From positions 10,794 to 74,793 of the forward strand of contig CANJWH010000007.1 in NCBI GenBank assembly GCA_947478465.1: 64,000 nucleotides of DNA, in the 5' to 3' direction. This stretch comes from Bacteroidota bacterium (GTDB lineage Bacteria > Bacteroidota > Bacteroidia > SXHM01). Under the pieces are notes generated by a model that saw nothing but the letters and a program-made list of their open reading frames with translations, had not been told where the DNA came from and did no database searches. The translations under genes and the position numbers were made by a program. Positions within the stretch are counted from its first letter, which is position 1, and the number at the start of each line of letters is the position of its first letter. Of this stretch, positions 19,587 through 28,340 are shown one piece after another.

Positions 19587-20894
19587 TCAGCGCGGTTTAA
19601 CAAAAAGATAATAAGCCGCGAAAGAAATACTCATTAAACCAAAGAAGATAGCAGCAAGCATAGGATTGTAAAACGACATGCTGATGATTGCAACTACCGC
19701 AATAACCAATGCAATGGTTGGAAACACCGGATAGAACGGTGCTTTAAAAGGCCGCTCAAGCTCAGGCATTTTTCTTTTTAATTGAAAATAAGAGATCATG
19801 GAAAGGATGTAAAGCGAGAGTGCGCCAAATGTTGCAATGGTGATGATATCGCCAGTTTTGCCGGTGAAGAGTGCGATGATGCCAATCCCCATGTTGAAGA
19901 TAAGTGCAACTGCGGGTGTTTTAAATTTCCGATTTATTTTTCCAAGAAATGAAGGAGCATTTCCTGATTTGCCAAATTCATAGGTTGCCCTGCCTGCTGC
20001 AAGCAACAAGCCATTGAAGGATGCGATAAAACCAAACAATCCAATCCATATGAGCAGATGAAAAAATACATCACCAACTGCAGGAATATGTTTGATGGCT
20101 AAAGGTAAAGGTGAGTCGGAAATGTTTCCATCGGCATCAAATACTACTGCTTCCCAGCCGGCAACACCAACGGCAGAGCTGAATGTAAGCGTGGCAAGAA
20201 CTGCAAGTGTAAACATGGCAGATGCAAAACCAATGGTTATATTTTTCTGCGGGTTGATGGTTTCTTCTGCAACGTTAGCAATGCCTTCCAGTCCAAGAAA
20301 GAACCAGATGGCAAAAGGAATAGCCATGAACACGCCTTCCATTCCGTTGGGAAAAGAGTTGATGGTAAGATTCTCGAATTTAAAATGTGGCAGCGTAAAG
20401 CCGGAGAAGATGAGCAACTCAACAACGGCAACAATGGTGATGAACAACTCAAAAGATGCTGATGCTTTTACTCCAATAATATTTAAAGCTGTGAAAACGA
20501 AATAACAGAAGATGGCAATTCCTAACACAGGCAACTCCGGAAAAAGCAAATGAAAATAAGCCCCAATTCCAAATGCAATGGCAGGCGGGGCAAAAACAAA
20601 TTCTATAATCTGTGCCATGCCGGCTACAAAACCGAGGTGTCTGCCTAATGCCTTATCGGCATAATCAAATGCGCCACCTGCTTTAGGAATAGCACAGGCA
20701 AGCTCGGTATAACACAAAGAGAATGTTATGTACATCAGCATGATGAATAAGGTTGCTATTCCCAGACCAAGCGTTCCTCCTTTTTCCAGACCAAGGTTCC
20801 AGCCAAAATACATTCCTGAAATAACATAGCCAACACCAAGCCCCCAGAGCATGATTGGACCCAGAGAGCGTTCAAGTTTTGCTGATTGTTCCAT
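19587..20894 (-). CDS. APC-superfamily amino acid/ethanolamine permease
   Basis: 435 aa, ~12 TM; GPIMLWGLGVGYVISGMYFGWN, CYTELACAIPKAGGAFDYA typical of EAT/APC permeases. Confidence 0.8.
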   Translation of the reverse strand: MEQSAKLERSLGPIMLWGLGVGYVISGMYFGWNLGLEKGGTLGLGIATLFIMLMYITFSLCYTELACAIPKAGGAFDYADKALGRHLGFVAGMAQIIEFVFAPPAIAFGIGAYFHLLFPELPVLGIAIFCYFVFTALNIIGVKASASFELFITIVAVVELLIFSGFTLPHFKFENLTINSFPNGMEGVFMAIPFAIWFFLGLEGIANVAEETINPQKNITIGFASAMFTLAVLATLTFSSAVGVAGWEAVVFDADGNISDSPLPLAIKHIPAVGDVFFHLLIWIGLFGFIASFNGLLLAAGRATYEFGKSGNAPSFLGKINRKFKTPAVALIFNMGIGIIALFTGKTGDIITIATFGALSLYILSMISYFQLKRKMPELERPFKAPFYPVFPTIALVIAVVAIISMSFYNPMLAAIFFGLMSISFAAYYLFVKPR

Positions 20895-20904
20895 GTTTTT
20901 AGAA

Positions 20905-23325
20905 TTAAAACGGATACCCGATTCCTAAATTAAAGATTACGCGTTTCATTGTAATCGGTTCGCTTACGCCAATCCAGCGTTGATTGTTTGCTTCCGGTTT
21001 TCCGGGATTGTAAATAGGGTAGGCTGCATCCATACGAACGATTAGGAAATTAAAGTCAAGTCGTGCGCCCACACCTGCGCCCAATGCAATCTCTTTGTAA
21101 AAACGTTTGATATCCATTTCAGCACCGGGGCGTTGCAGATCTTTATGAATTAGCCAGATGTTTCCTGCATCGGCAAACACAGCCATCTTGAAATACTTGT
21201 AAATATCAAAACGATACTCCACGTTCATCTCTAATTTCATATTACCAAACTGGTCAATGGAAGTTTGCAGTTGTTCAGGAAGTGAACCCGGACCAAGGTT
21301 TCGCGCTCTCCATGCACGGATACCGTTTGCACCGCCACCAAAAAAACTGGCTTCATAAGGCAATACTGAAAGATTTCCGTAAGGTGTTCCGCGCCCTGCT
21401 GCCAGACGCATAACAAAGGTGCTGCGCGAATTAATAGCAATGTAGCGCCTGATATCGAAATCAAATTTTATGTATTGCGCATAAGGAATATTGAAAACAC
21501 GGTAGCTTCCGTTTACGTCTTGCTGTGCGCCTGTTAAGCGACTGACAACCCAAGGAATATTTCCGGAGAACTCAAGGGTTGCTCTGAAATAGGTGAAGTT
21601 CTTTACCTTGTTTACTTCCTGATTATTGAAGACGTAGGAATAAACTCCTGAACTGGTAATGTGAGAAATAAAAGTATTGCGCAGAAGCCGGTCGTTGATA
21701 CCATTTATCCTTTCCAGAAAAGCTGCGCTTTCATTGTAAATGTTTACAAAGTTAATTTCAATAGGGTTGGCAGTCCAGCGTTTTTGTGCGGTTTCGCGCC
21801 AATCATAACCAAAGGTGGTGCGGAAAATGGTGCGCGTAAAATCGGGACGTTGCTGAAAATCGTACGCCAGTTTAATCTTTGTTTGCGGACGGAAATATTT
21901 GGAGACTTTTATATAGCGTGCAGCAGGAAACAAAAAGCGGGGAATGGTAAGCGAAGCCTCAGGACTTATCTGCAGGGTATTGAAGATAGGTGTCTTTTTA
22001 GAATCATCAGCATTAAAAACAACCTGTGATTCCAAACCGCCTTTTATACGCATCTCAAATGTTTCTGCGCCTCTGAAAATGTTTTTGTTCTGATAAACCA
22101 GATCAGCAAAAACTCCGGGAAAGCCGCCAGTGTTGGTTCCCTGTGCCTCAAACGAAAACGACTGACGTGGAGCCGGGGTTAGCTGCACATAGCAATCCAG
22201 TTTGTCGTTTGCTTTTTCCTCAAACTGTATGTTTATGAATTTGTAAACCTTTAAACCGGAGAGCTGTTTGTAGGTATTGTCAAGGCTTTTGGCAACATAC
22301 ATTTCTCCGTCTTTAAAGAAAACAGAACTCATCAAAAGTTTAGGATCAATGGTCCATTTTCGGTGATAGGTAAGTGAATACTTGTTATACACCAGTGTAT
22401 CGTAAGTAACAACAGAAGTGCTTTTAGGATAATACTCGGTGTTCAGATACACCTTGCCGATTTTGTAAGGACGAAATTCTTTAGGGCTGTTAGTTGTATC
22501 CGGCCGGCCGAAATCTTTTTCAGAGTTGCTTCTTATCATCAGCGTTACTTCAACCTCCCGATTGCCAATGGTAGTGTCGGCCTGAAAAACAATGTTGTCG
22601 GTAGTGAAAAAGTAATAGCCGCGGTTTTTAAGTTCTTTGGCAATGCGCTCACGTTCTTTCTGAAGAATGTCAACATCATAATTCATTCCCGGTTTTAACA
22701 ACGTGTTTAGTTTATCTGCGCTGGCTATTATCTGGTTCAGGTCGGGGTTGTAAATAGTGTAAACAATGTTGCGAACCGTGTAGGGCAAATGCGGTTTTAT
22801 GTAATAAGTAACCTTTGCTTTCTTGCGTTTATATTCAACGCTGTCGCTAATCTCGGCATTAAAGAAGCCTTTGTTCTTGAGGTAAATTTCAAATTGCTTG
22901 TGGGTACTTTGAGTAAGCGTGGAATCCAGGACTACCGGAGCTTCACCAATGCCCAACATCCATTCGCCAAAGCTTCTGCGTGCGTCTTTCGGCTCTTTGT
23001 TTTTGGCAACACGTTTTTCGTTTTTTCTGTCCTGCTTTTCTTTCAGTTCTTTTTTGCGGGCTTCCACTTTGTTAAGGTCAACCAGATTATAAACCCACAG
23101 GTGGAAACGCACAAAGCCTACAATTCTGCGGTTGGGTTTCTGGCGTATGTATTTGGTCAAATCTTCTTTATTGACCTTTCCGCTGTCGACCTCAATTTTG
23201 TTTTTTACCAGCAGGTATTCTTTGTCGCCAAGTTTGCGGGTGGCTCCGCAGGAAGCTACAAGTAAGCAGTAGGCAGTAAGCAGTAAGCAGTATGTAAAAC
23301 GTAAAAGAGTTTTTTCCTTCTCCAA
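20905..23325 (-). CDS. Omp85-family (BamA/TamA-like) outer membrane protein with POTRA repeats and surface-antigen beta-barrel; lipoprotein-type signal
   Basis: 806 aa; N-terminal ..LLVASCG lipobox; C-terminal ...NLGIGYPF terminal Phe; D15 barrel-like C-terminal half. Confidence 0.7.
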   Translation of the reverse strand: MEKEKTLLRFTYCLLLTAYCLLVASCGATRKLGDKEYLLVKNKIEVDSGKVNKEDLTKYIRQKPNRRIVGFVRFHLWVYNLVDLNKVEARKKELKEKQDRKNEKRVAKNKEPKDARRSFGEWMLGIGEAPVVLDSTLTQSTHKQFEIYLKNKGFFNAEISDSVEYKRKKAKVTYYIKPHLPYTVRNIVYTIYNPDLNQIIASADKLNTLLKPGMNYDVDILQKERERIAKELKNRGYYFFTTDNIVFQADTTIGNREVEVTLMIRSNSEKDFGRPDTTNSPKEFRPYKIGKVYLNTEYYPKSTSVVTYDTLVYNKYSLTYHRKWTIDPKLLMSSVFFKDGEMYVAKSLDNTYKQLSGLKVYKFINIQFEEKANDKLDCYVQLTPAPRQSFSFEAQGTNTGGFPGVFADLVYQNKNIFRGAETFEMRIKGGLESQVVFNADDSKKTPIFNTLQISPEASLTIPRFLFPAARYIKVSKYFRPQTKIKLAYDFQQRPDFTRTIFRTTFGYDWRETAQKRWTANPIEINFVNIYNESAAFLERINGINDRLLRNTFISHITSSGVYSYVFNNQEVNKVKNFTYFRATLEFSGNIPWVVSRLTGAQQDVNGSYRVFNIPYAQYIKFDFDIRRYIAINSRSTFVMRLAAGRGTPYGNLSVLPYEASFFGGGANGIRAWRARNLGPGSLPEQLQTSIDQFGNMKLEMNVEYRFDIYKYFKMAVFADAGNIWLIHKDLQRPGAEMDIKRFYKEIALGAGVGARLDFNFLIVRMDAAYPIYNPGKPEANNQRWIGVSEPITMKRVIFNLGIGYPF

Positions 23326-23415
23326 TTTCTATTCTCTAATTTCTAACTTCTAATCTCCAGCCTCCAACTTCTAAATCTGCAATCAACAATCAGCCCAAAA
23401 GTATAGCTTTGCGCT

Positions 23416-24183
23416 GTGCTAACCAATTCACAAATTAAACACATCCTTTCGTTGAAGCAGAAGAAATTCCGCACCGAACATCAACAGTTCGTTGTTGAAG
23501 GCGTGAAGGTGGTGAAGGAGTTACTCGCATCGCCTTACAAGGTAGATGCGGTGTATGCTCTGGGCGAAATTGCAGATGAACTTGCAGCAGTGTCTTCCGT
23601 TGTTCCAACCATCATTACCGAAATGCAATTGCAGAAGATGAGCAATCTGGATACACCTAATAATGTGCTGGCCCTGGCTTCCATTCCGCAATCATCATTC
23701 AACTTTCTACAGGTTAAAGACAAACTATCACTTGCGTTAGATACCATCAACGACCCCGGAAACCTTGGCACCATTATCCGCACGGCAGCATGGTTTGGTA
23801 TGGATACCATCATCTGTTCACCCAACACAACCGATGCCTGGAGCCCGAAAGCAGTGCAGGCTACCATGGGTGCATTGTTCAGAACAAACGTTGTGTATGC
23901 CGATTTGAAAAAAGTAGTGGAAGAATACAACAGTGCTCATGTTCCTGTGTATGCTACCACGCTTGACGGAACGGATATTTACAAAACAACCTTATCACCA
24001 AACGGATTGATTGTTATTGGCAGCGAAAGTCATGGTGTATCGCCTGACTTGCTTGCTCTGATTAATAAAAATCTTCTTATTCCTTCTTTCTCATCAGGTG
24101 CTGCAGAATCGCTGAATGCTGCGGTGGCTGCGGGGGTGGTTTGCTCGGAGTTTATGAGGAAGTCCGTAGTCGGTAGTCGGTAG
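23416..24183 (+). CDS. TrmH/SpoU-family RNA 2'-O-methyltransferase
   Basis: 255 aa; LDTINDPGNLGTIIRTAAWFG and C-terminal IVIGSESHGVS motifs; stop codon lies inside a palindromic element. Confidence 0.85.
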   Translation: MLTNSQIKHILSLKQKKFRTEHQQFVVEGVKVVKELLASPYKVDAVYALGEIADELAAVSSVVPTIITEMQLQKMSNLDTPNNVLALASIPQSSFNFLQVKDKLSLALDTINDPGNLGTIIRTAAWFGMDTIICSPNTTDAWSPKAVQATMGALFRTNVVYADLKKVVEEYNSAHVPVYATTLDGTDIYKTTLSPNGLIVIGSESHGVSPDLLALINKNLLIPSFSSGAAESLNAAVAAGVVCSEFMRKSVVGSR

Positions 24184-24225
24184 TCCGTGGACAATGGACT
24201 ACGGTCTATGGACTCTTCTTCCTAC
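24165..24225. repeat. palindromic element (divergent REP-like) spanning trmH stop; shared bidirectional terminator for convergent genes
   Basis: agtccgtagtcggtagtcggtagtccgtgg-acaa-tggactacggtctatggact; core cgtagtc/gactacg as in REP-like family. Confidence 0.5.
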
Positions 24226-25586
24226 TCTTTCACAAACTTTTTACTCACCACTTCTGTGCCGTTGGTAAGGCTGAGGAAATAAATGCCGGAGTTGAGTTGA
24301 CTTACATCAATTGACAATGGATAATTGATAATGGATAGTTGCTGAACAAGCTGCCCTTGTGCGTTTATAATATTTAATTGTGCGTTCTTTAGGTTTAGGT
24401 CGGTATTAATTGTTAAGGTTTTGGTTGCGGGGTTGGGGAAGAGGTTGAGATTTGTTTTTGTATCAGCTTCTCTAATACTTAACATATAATCATAATAATA
24501 GGCAGTAGTGTAAATATTTTCAAGATTGTCACCGTTTTGAAACAACTCAGTCAGGATATAATTGTTGTCGTCAAATTCATAGGTACGTTTATTTGCAATA
24601 TGCCATACCTCGTCAGTCATGTATTCAGATAAAATACCTGTATTGTTATTGTTTGAATCATAAGTGTAGGTTGCTCGGTTGTCTGACACCCAAATTGTAT
24701 CATAGAATGATTCTGATAAACCAGTTAGTTGATTATTGTTTGAGTCGTAAGTGTTAATAAACCGATGATTGTCTCTCCAAATTGAATCGGACCAGAATTG
24801 ATATAACTCAATTGTTTTATTATTGTTGTTATCATAGCTGAAGATATATCTGTCGCCATTGAGCCAGCTTGTATCGTTCCACATATAGTTGATATAGCCT
24901 GTTGTGTTATTGTTTCCATCATAGGTGTATGTGGACATACTGTTATTTACCCATGCATTATTTATCCATTCCTGACCAGTTGAACTTATTAAGTTGTTGT
25001 TAATGTCATAGTTTGATAATCCTAAGGTGCTGTTTATCCACTCTGTTCCGGTAGATGTTTTAGTTAACATACTTAGCATGTTTCCATTTATATCATAAGT
25101 AATATAAACCTGAGAACCGCTGAACATTGAATCAGACCCTGAAATCCATTCTGTGAATACTACATTATTGTTTGTGTCATATGCGATATTGTATTCACTG
25201 TCTGTTCTCCAGCTTTCATTGAACCAGGTTTGTGATATTTTATTCAAAAGATTGCCGTTAAGACTGTGGTCATAAAGATCGAGGGTTGAATTTACCCAAA
25301 CACTATCTTGCCACATTTCGCGAAAATCCATTGCAAGATGCTGGTTTGAATCGTAGCTTAGGCTTTGTTTTGATGTGTTAACCCAATTGTTATTTTGCCA
25401 CATAAACTCTATATGGGTAATCAGTTTCCCCTCAGTGTTGTATTGATAAATGGTTTTTGAAGCGTAATTCCAATCGTTTGATGTAGAGTTCCAATTCCAT
25501 TGATAGGTGCTGTCTAGCAGGCTTTCTTGTGCAAAACTATTGGAGGTAAACAGTATGGCAAGTAGAAGTAGAATATGCTTTTTCAT
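24222..25586 (-). CDS. T9SS (Por) C-terminal sorting domain cargo protein with ~11 YD-like repeats (YxYDxNNN...W, ~29 aa period)
   Basis: 454 aa; signal peptide; repeats IFSYDNNNNKTIE, YTYDSNNNNTGIL etc.; C-terminal LNLFPNPATKTLTINTDL...GIYFLSLTNGTEVVSKKFVKE. Confidence 0.85.
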   Translation of the reverse strand: MKKHILLLLAILFTSNSFAQESLLDSTYQWNWNSTSNDWNYASKTIYQYNTEGKLITHIEFMWQNNNWVNTSKQSLSYDSNQHLAMDFREMWQDSVWVNSTLDLYDHSLNGNLLNKISQTWFNESWRTDSEYNIAYDTNNNVVFTEWISGSDSMFSGSQVYITYDINGNMLSMLTKTSTGTEWINSTLGLSNYDINNNLISSTGQEWINNAWVNNSMSTYTYDGNNNTTGYINYMWNDTSWLNGDRYIFSYDNNNNKTIELYQFWSDSIWRDNHRFINTYDSNNNQLTGLSESFYDTIWVSDNRATYTYDSNNNNTGILSEYMTDEVWHIANKRTYEFDDNNYILTELFQNGDNLENIYTTAYYYDYMLSIREADTKTNLNLFPNPATKTLTINTDLNLKNAQLNIINAQGQLVQQLSIINYPLSIDVSQLNSGIYFLSLTNGTEVVSKKFVKE

Positions 25587-25663
25587 TTGTGTTTTTTACA
25601 AATGTCAGACTTTGCAGTACTGCTGTTACACTAAATTTTGGCATTATTATACACTTCCAAAAA

Positions 25664-25793
25664 CAAAAACACCCCACTTCTCAGCAGGGTGTTTTTACTA
25701 TTGTCATTGCGATTTTTTTTCATGCAAAGTTCGCAAAGGCTCATCTCTAACCTTTGCGCTCTTTGCGTGAAAGGCTGCTCTTTCCTTCCTACT
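25664..25793. repeat. copy 1 of duplicated ~130 bp intergenic element (hairpin AAAAACACCC..GGGTGTTTTT + TCGCAAAGG/CCTTTGCGA inverted repeat + CTTTGCG direct repeats)
   Basis: Near-identical to 27784-27938; spurious + strand ORFs run through both copies. Confidence 0.85.
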
Positions 25794-27753
25794 CTTTCAC
25801 AAACTTTTTACTCACTACTTCTGTGCCGTTGGTAAGGCTCAGGAAATAAATGCCGGAGTTGAGTTGGCTGATGTCAATTGACAATGGATAATTGATAATG
25901 GATAGTTGCTGAACAAGCTGCCCTTGTGCATTTAGAATAGTCAGTTTTGTGTTCTTTAAGTCAGTATTAAGTGTTAAGGTGTTGGTGGCGGGGTTGGGGT
26001 ATATTGTTAAATCATTGATACTGTTTTCAGAAATTCCATTAATACATGGAGGCCAAAACTTTATAATAAGTTCTATTATTTGTGAAGTAGCACTGCAGTC
26101 AATGCTGTTATGTACAACAACTGAATAGGCACCCGAAATCAACGGACAGTAGGTTTGTTCAATCGCATCAATAATTGGTTCGCCATTCAAATACCATTGA
26201 TACGAATAAAAATGACTGACATATAATTCATCACCAATCTGAATGACAGGGTTCAATACCGCCTGATACGTTTGAACGGTATTTGATAAAAACCAGCAAC
26301 TGTCATTAACCTGCACGCTTACTGAAAATACTCCGCTGGTGTCTACAGTTATGCTTTGTGTTGTATCACCTGTTGACCAGAGGTATGCATCAAAGCCATC
26401 TTCTGCTGTAAGCACAATACTATCACCATTACAAAACAATGTATTCCCTGATACAGCAACTGTTGGAACAACAGCAAAGTCAGCACAAGTTGGCGGTGGT
26501 TCAATTAACAGCGAATCTGAGGTGAATACTCCAACTGTATCATTGCCTTTGCGGTAAGCCACAAGGTTTTCATACGTACCATATTCAAAGAACCCAAAAG
26601 AAAAACTTGTTTGACCTAAACCTTCCTTAATAACCATGTTTGATATTGGTCCGTTGTACTGTCTGAAAATAACTTCAGGGATTGTATCAATAATAGTTAA
26701 GCCATACGAATCACCAGTCTGCGTTTGTCCGAAATATTTGGTAAACAAACCCAACGTATCGTATTCTGTTTTTGTAATATCGTAGAATTCTGCTCCAAAC
26801 CCGCCTGATGAATAAACAATATCCTCGGTTCCTGCATAAGTCTTTATTACACTATCAAGGCTGAAAAACTGATTGCAATAGTTATTGCCGAAATGTCTGA
26901 CAGAATCAATAAAAACTATATCCCTGTTAATTATACCATAATATACTCCACCTGATGTAATAGGATTACCATGAAACCAGGTCGTTTTTCCATAACCTTG
27001 AATATGATAAATAAGGGTATCGGCATTTTGGGTTTTCTGAGTAACCTCATATTTATTCTTATAATAGGACACATCAAATATTCCGGAATTAGATGTTTCA
27101 CCCCAGTATTCAAACATGTCACCCACATCAAAATTGAAAAAGTCTTTCATAGTTGGAGGACTAAATCCTAATTGCTGTGTTTCAATACCTGAAAGATAAT
27201 AATGTTGCCCTGAGCCTAATGAAAAAGGAAATTGCAACAGCCCATTATTTTTTGAAAGTATAAGAGTATCGCCACTTGAAAGTGCGATTGTTTTTATTGA
27301 ATCGGTATTGCCAAGAACATTAGCGAAGGAAAGCGAAATAACTTGAGCAGTAACAGATGGCAGAGTGCTGAACTGCCATGTTTCATTCAAGGAAGCATAA
27401 GTTTGTATTATCCAGTCAGCAGTATCAGAAAAAGTAACTGTTCCGTTTGGTGAAACAATCATTTCCTTTTGTAAGAACTGTGGCTGATTATATTTTCCGT
27501 AACAGGTATCGCAATTGATAGGTCCGCCAACAATGGTTGTACAATTTTCGCAGGCTACACGGTTTAGAAAAAATATACTATCACTATTGAGGGATGAAGA
27601 AGAATCTACTTTAATGGTGTAAACGGGAAGTGTAGAATTCTCTAATGTAAAATGATATGATTCATAGGAGTTAACAGGCTGCCATTGAGCAGAACATTCC
27701 GCAACGAAACAGAATGTACTAATCAAGAGAAGAAGTTTTTTCATTCGCAGCAT
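25789..27753 (-). CDS. T9SS C-terminal sorting domain cargo protein (Ig-like/beta-rich secreted protein)
   Basis: 654 aa; signal peptide; C-terminal NPATNTLTLNTDLKNTKLTILNAQGQLVQQLSIINYPLSIDISQLNSGIYFLSLTNGTEVVSKKFVKE; last ~200 nt near-identical to 24222-24420. Confidence 0.85.
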   Translation of the reverse strand: MLRMKKLLLLISTFCFVAECSAQWQPVNSYESYHFTLENSTLPVYTIKVDSSSSLNSDSIFFLNRVACENCTTIVGGPINCDTCYGKYNQPQFLQKEMIVSPNGTVTFSDTADWIIQTYASLNETWQFSTLPSVTAQVISLSFANVLGNTDSIKTIALSSGDTLILSKNNGLLQFPFSLGSGQHYYLSGIETQQLGFSPPTMKDFFNFDVGDMFEYWGETSNSGIFDVSYYKNKYEVTQKTQNADTLIYHIQGYGKTTWFHGNPITSGGVYYGIINRDIVFIDSVRHFGNNYCNQFFSLDSVIKTYAGTEDIVYSSGGFGAEFYDITKTEYDTLGLFTKYFGQTQTGDSYGLTIIDTIPEVIFRQYNGPISNMVIKEGLGQTSFSFGFFEYGTYENLVAYRKGNDTVGVFTSDSLLIEPPPTCADFAVVPTVAVSGNTLFCNGDSIVLTAEDGFDAYLWSTGDTTQSITVDTSGVFSVSVQVNDSCWFLSNTVQTYQAVLNPVIQIGDELYVSHFYSYQWYLNGEPIIDAIEQTYCPLISGAYSVVVHNSIDCSATSQIIELIIKFWPPCINGISENSINDLTIYPNPATNTLTLNTDLKNTKLTILNAQGQLVQQLSIINYPLSIDISQLNSGIYFLSLTNGTEVVSKKFVKE

Positions 27754-27783
27754 ATTTCCCTCAAAGCTACTAAATCCCTTCTA

Positions 27784-27938
27784 ACAAAAACACCCCACTT
27801 CTCAGCAGGGTGTTTTTACTATTGTCATTGCGATTTTTTTTCATGCAAAGATCGCAAAGGCTCATCTCTAACCTTTGCGAACTTTGCGAAAATCTTTGCG
27901 CCCTTTGCGTGAAAGGCTGCTCCTACCAGCACACCATA
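27784..27938. repeat. copy 2 of duplicated intergenic element (with 4 CTTTGCG repeats)
   Basis: acaaaaacaccccacttctcagcagggtgtttttactattgtcattgcgattttttttcatgcaaag.tcgcaaaggctcatctctaacctttgcg shared with copy 1. Confidence 0.85.
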
Positions 27939-28156
27939 CTCACCACCTCACTCAGCGGGCCAACACCTTTTGAGTTTACTGCATAGAAATAGAAGTAATA
28001 AGTAACATCGTGTTTCAGGTTTTGGAAATGATTTACACGCTGGTCGGTAAAATCAAGTTGTACACTGGCGGGTAAGTGGTTTTGCAATGGCTGGTGTATG
28101 GTTTACATACTATTCTTCTACTTAAAACCGAGGGGGAATTACGGTGAGGGTAACTT

Positions 28157-28340
28157 GAGTTACGTTTGAAGTTTGGGAGTTATGTTTGAAGTTTTGGAGT
28201 TACGTTTGAAGTTTTGGAGTTATGTTTGAAGTTATGGAGTTACGTTTGAAGTTATGGAGTTACGTTTGAAGTTTTGGAGTTATGTTTGAAGTTATGGAGT
28301 TACGTTTGAAGTTTTGGAGTTTCGTTTGAAGTTTTGGAGT
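28157..28340. repeat. 9 x 20 bp tandem repeat GAGTTAYGTTTGAAGTTWTG
   Basis: Perfect 20 bp phasing from 28157; units alternate C/T at position 7 and T/A at 17. Confidence 0.9.

Noticed and set aside
20092-23265. Antisense ORFs within the permease and Omp85 genes (20092-20505, 20237-20452, 21237-21464, 21661-22029, 22789-23265)
   Set aside because: They are opposite well-supported long CDSs, with no independent signals.
25507-25835. ORFs 25507-25770(+) and 25638-25835(+), and 27685-27912(+), with near-identical peptide stretches
   Set aside because: They run through the duplicated intergenic repeat element and across the start/stop regions of the minus-strand T9SS genes. The similarity is a by-product of the DNA repeat, and there is no protein-like composition (Cys/Phe-rich low complexity).
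27928-28150. Calling the stop-free minus-strand frame downstream of the second regulatory-element copy as a CDS
   Set aside because: It has no ATG/GTG start giving 60 aa or more, and it is interrupted by TAA inside the 20 bp repeats. It is treated as a decayed relic rather than a gene.
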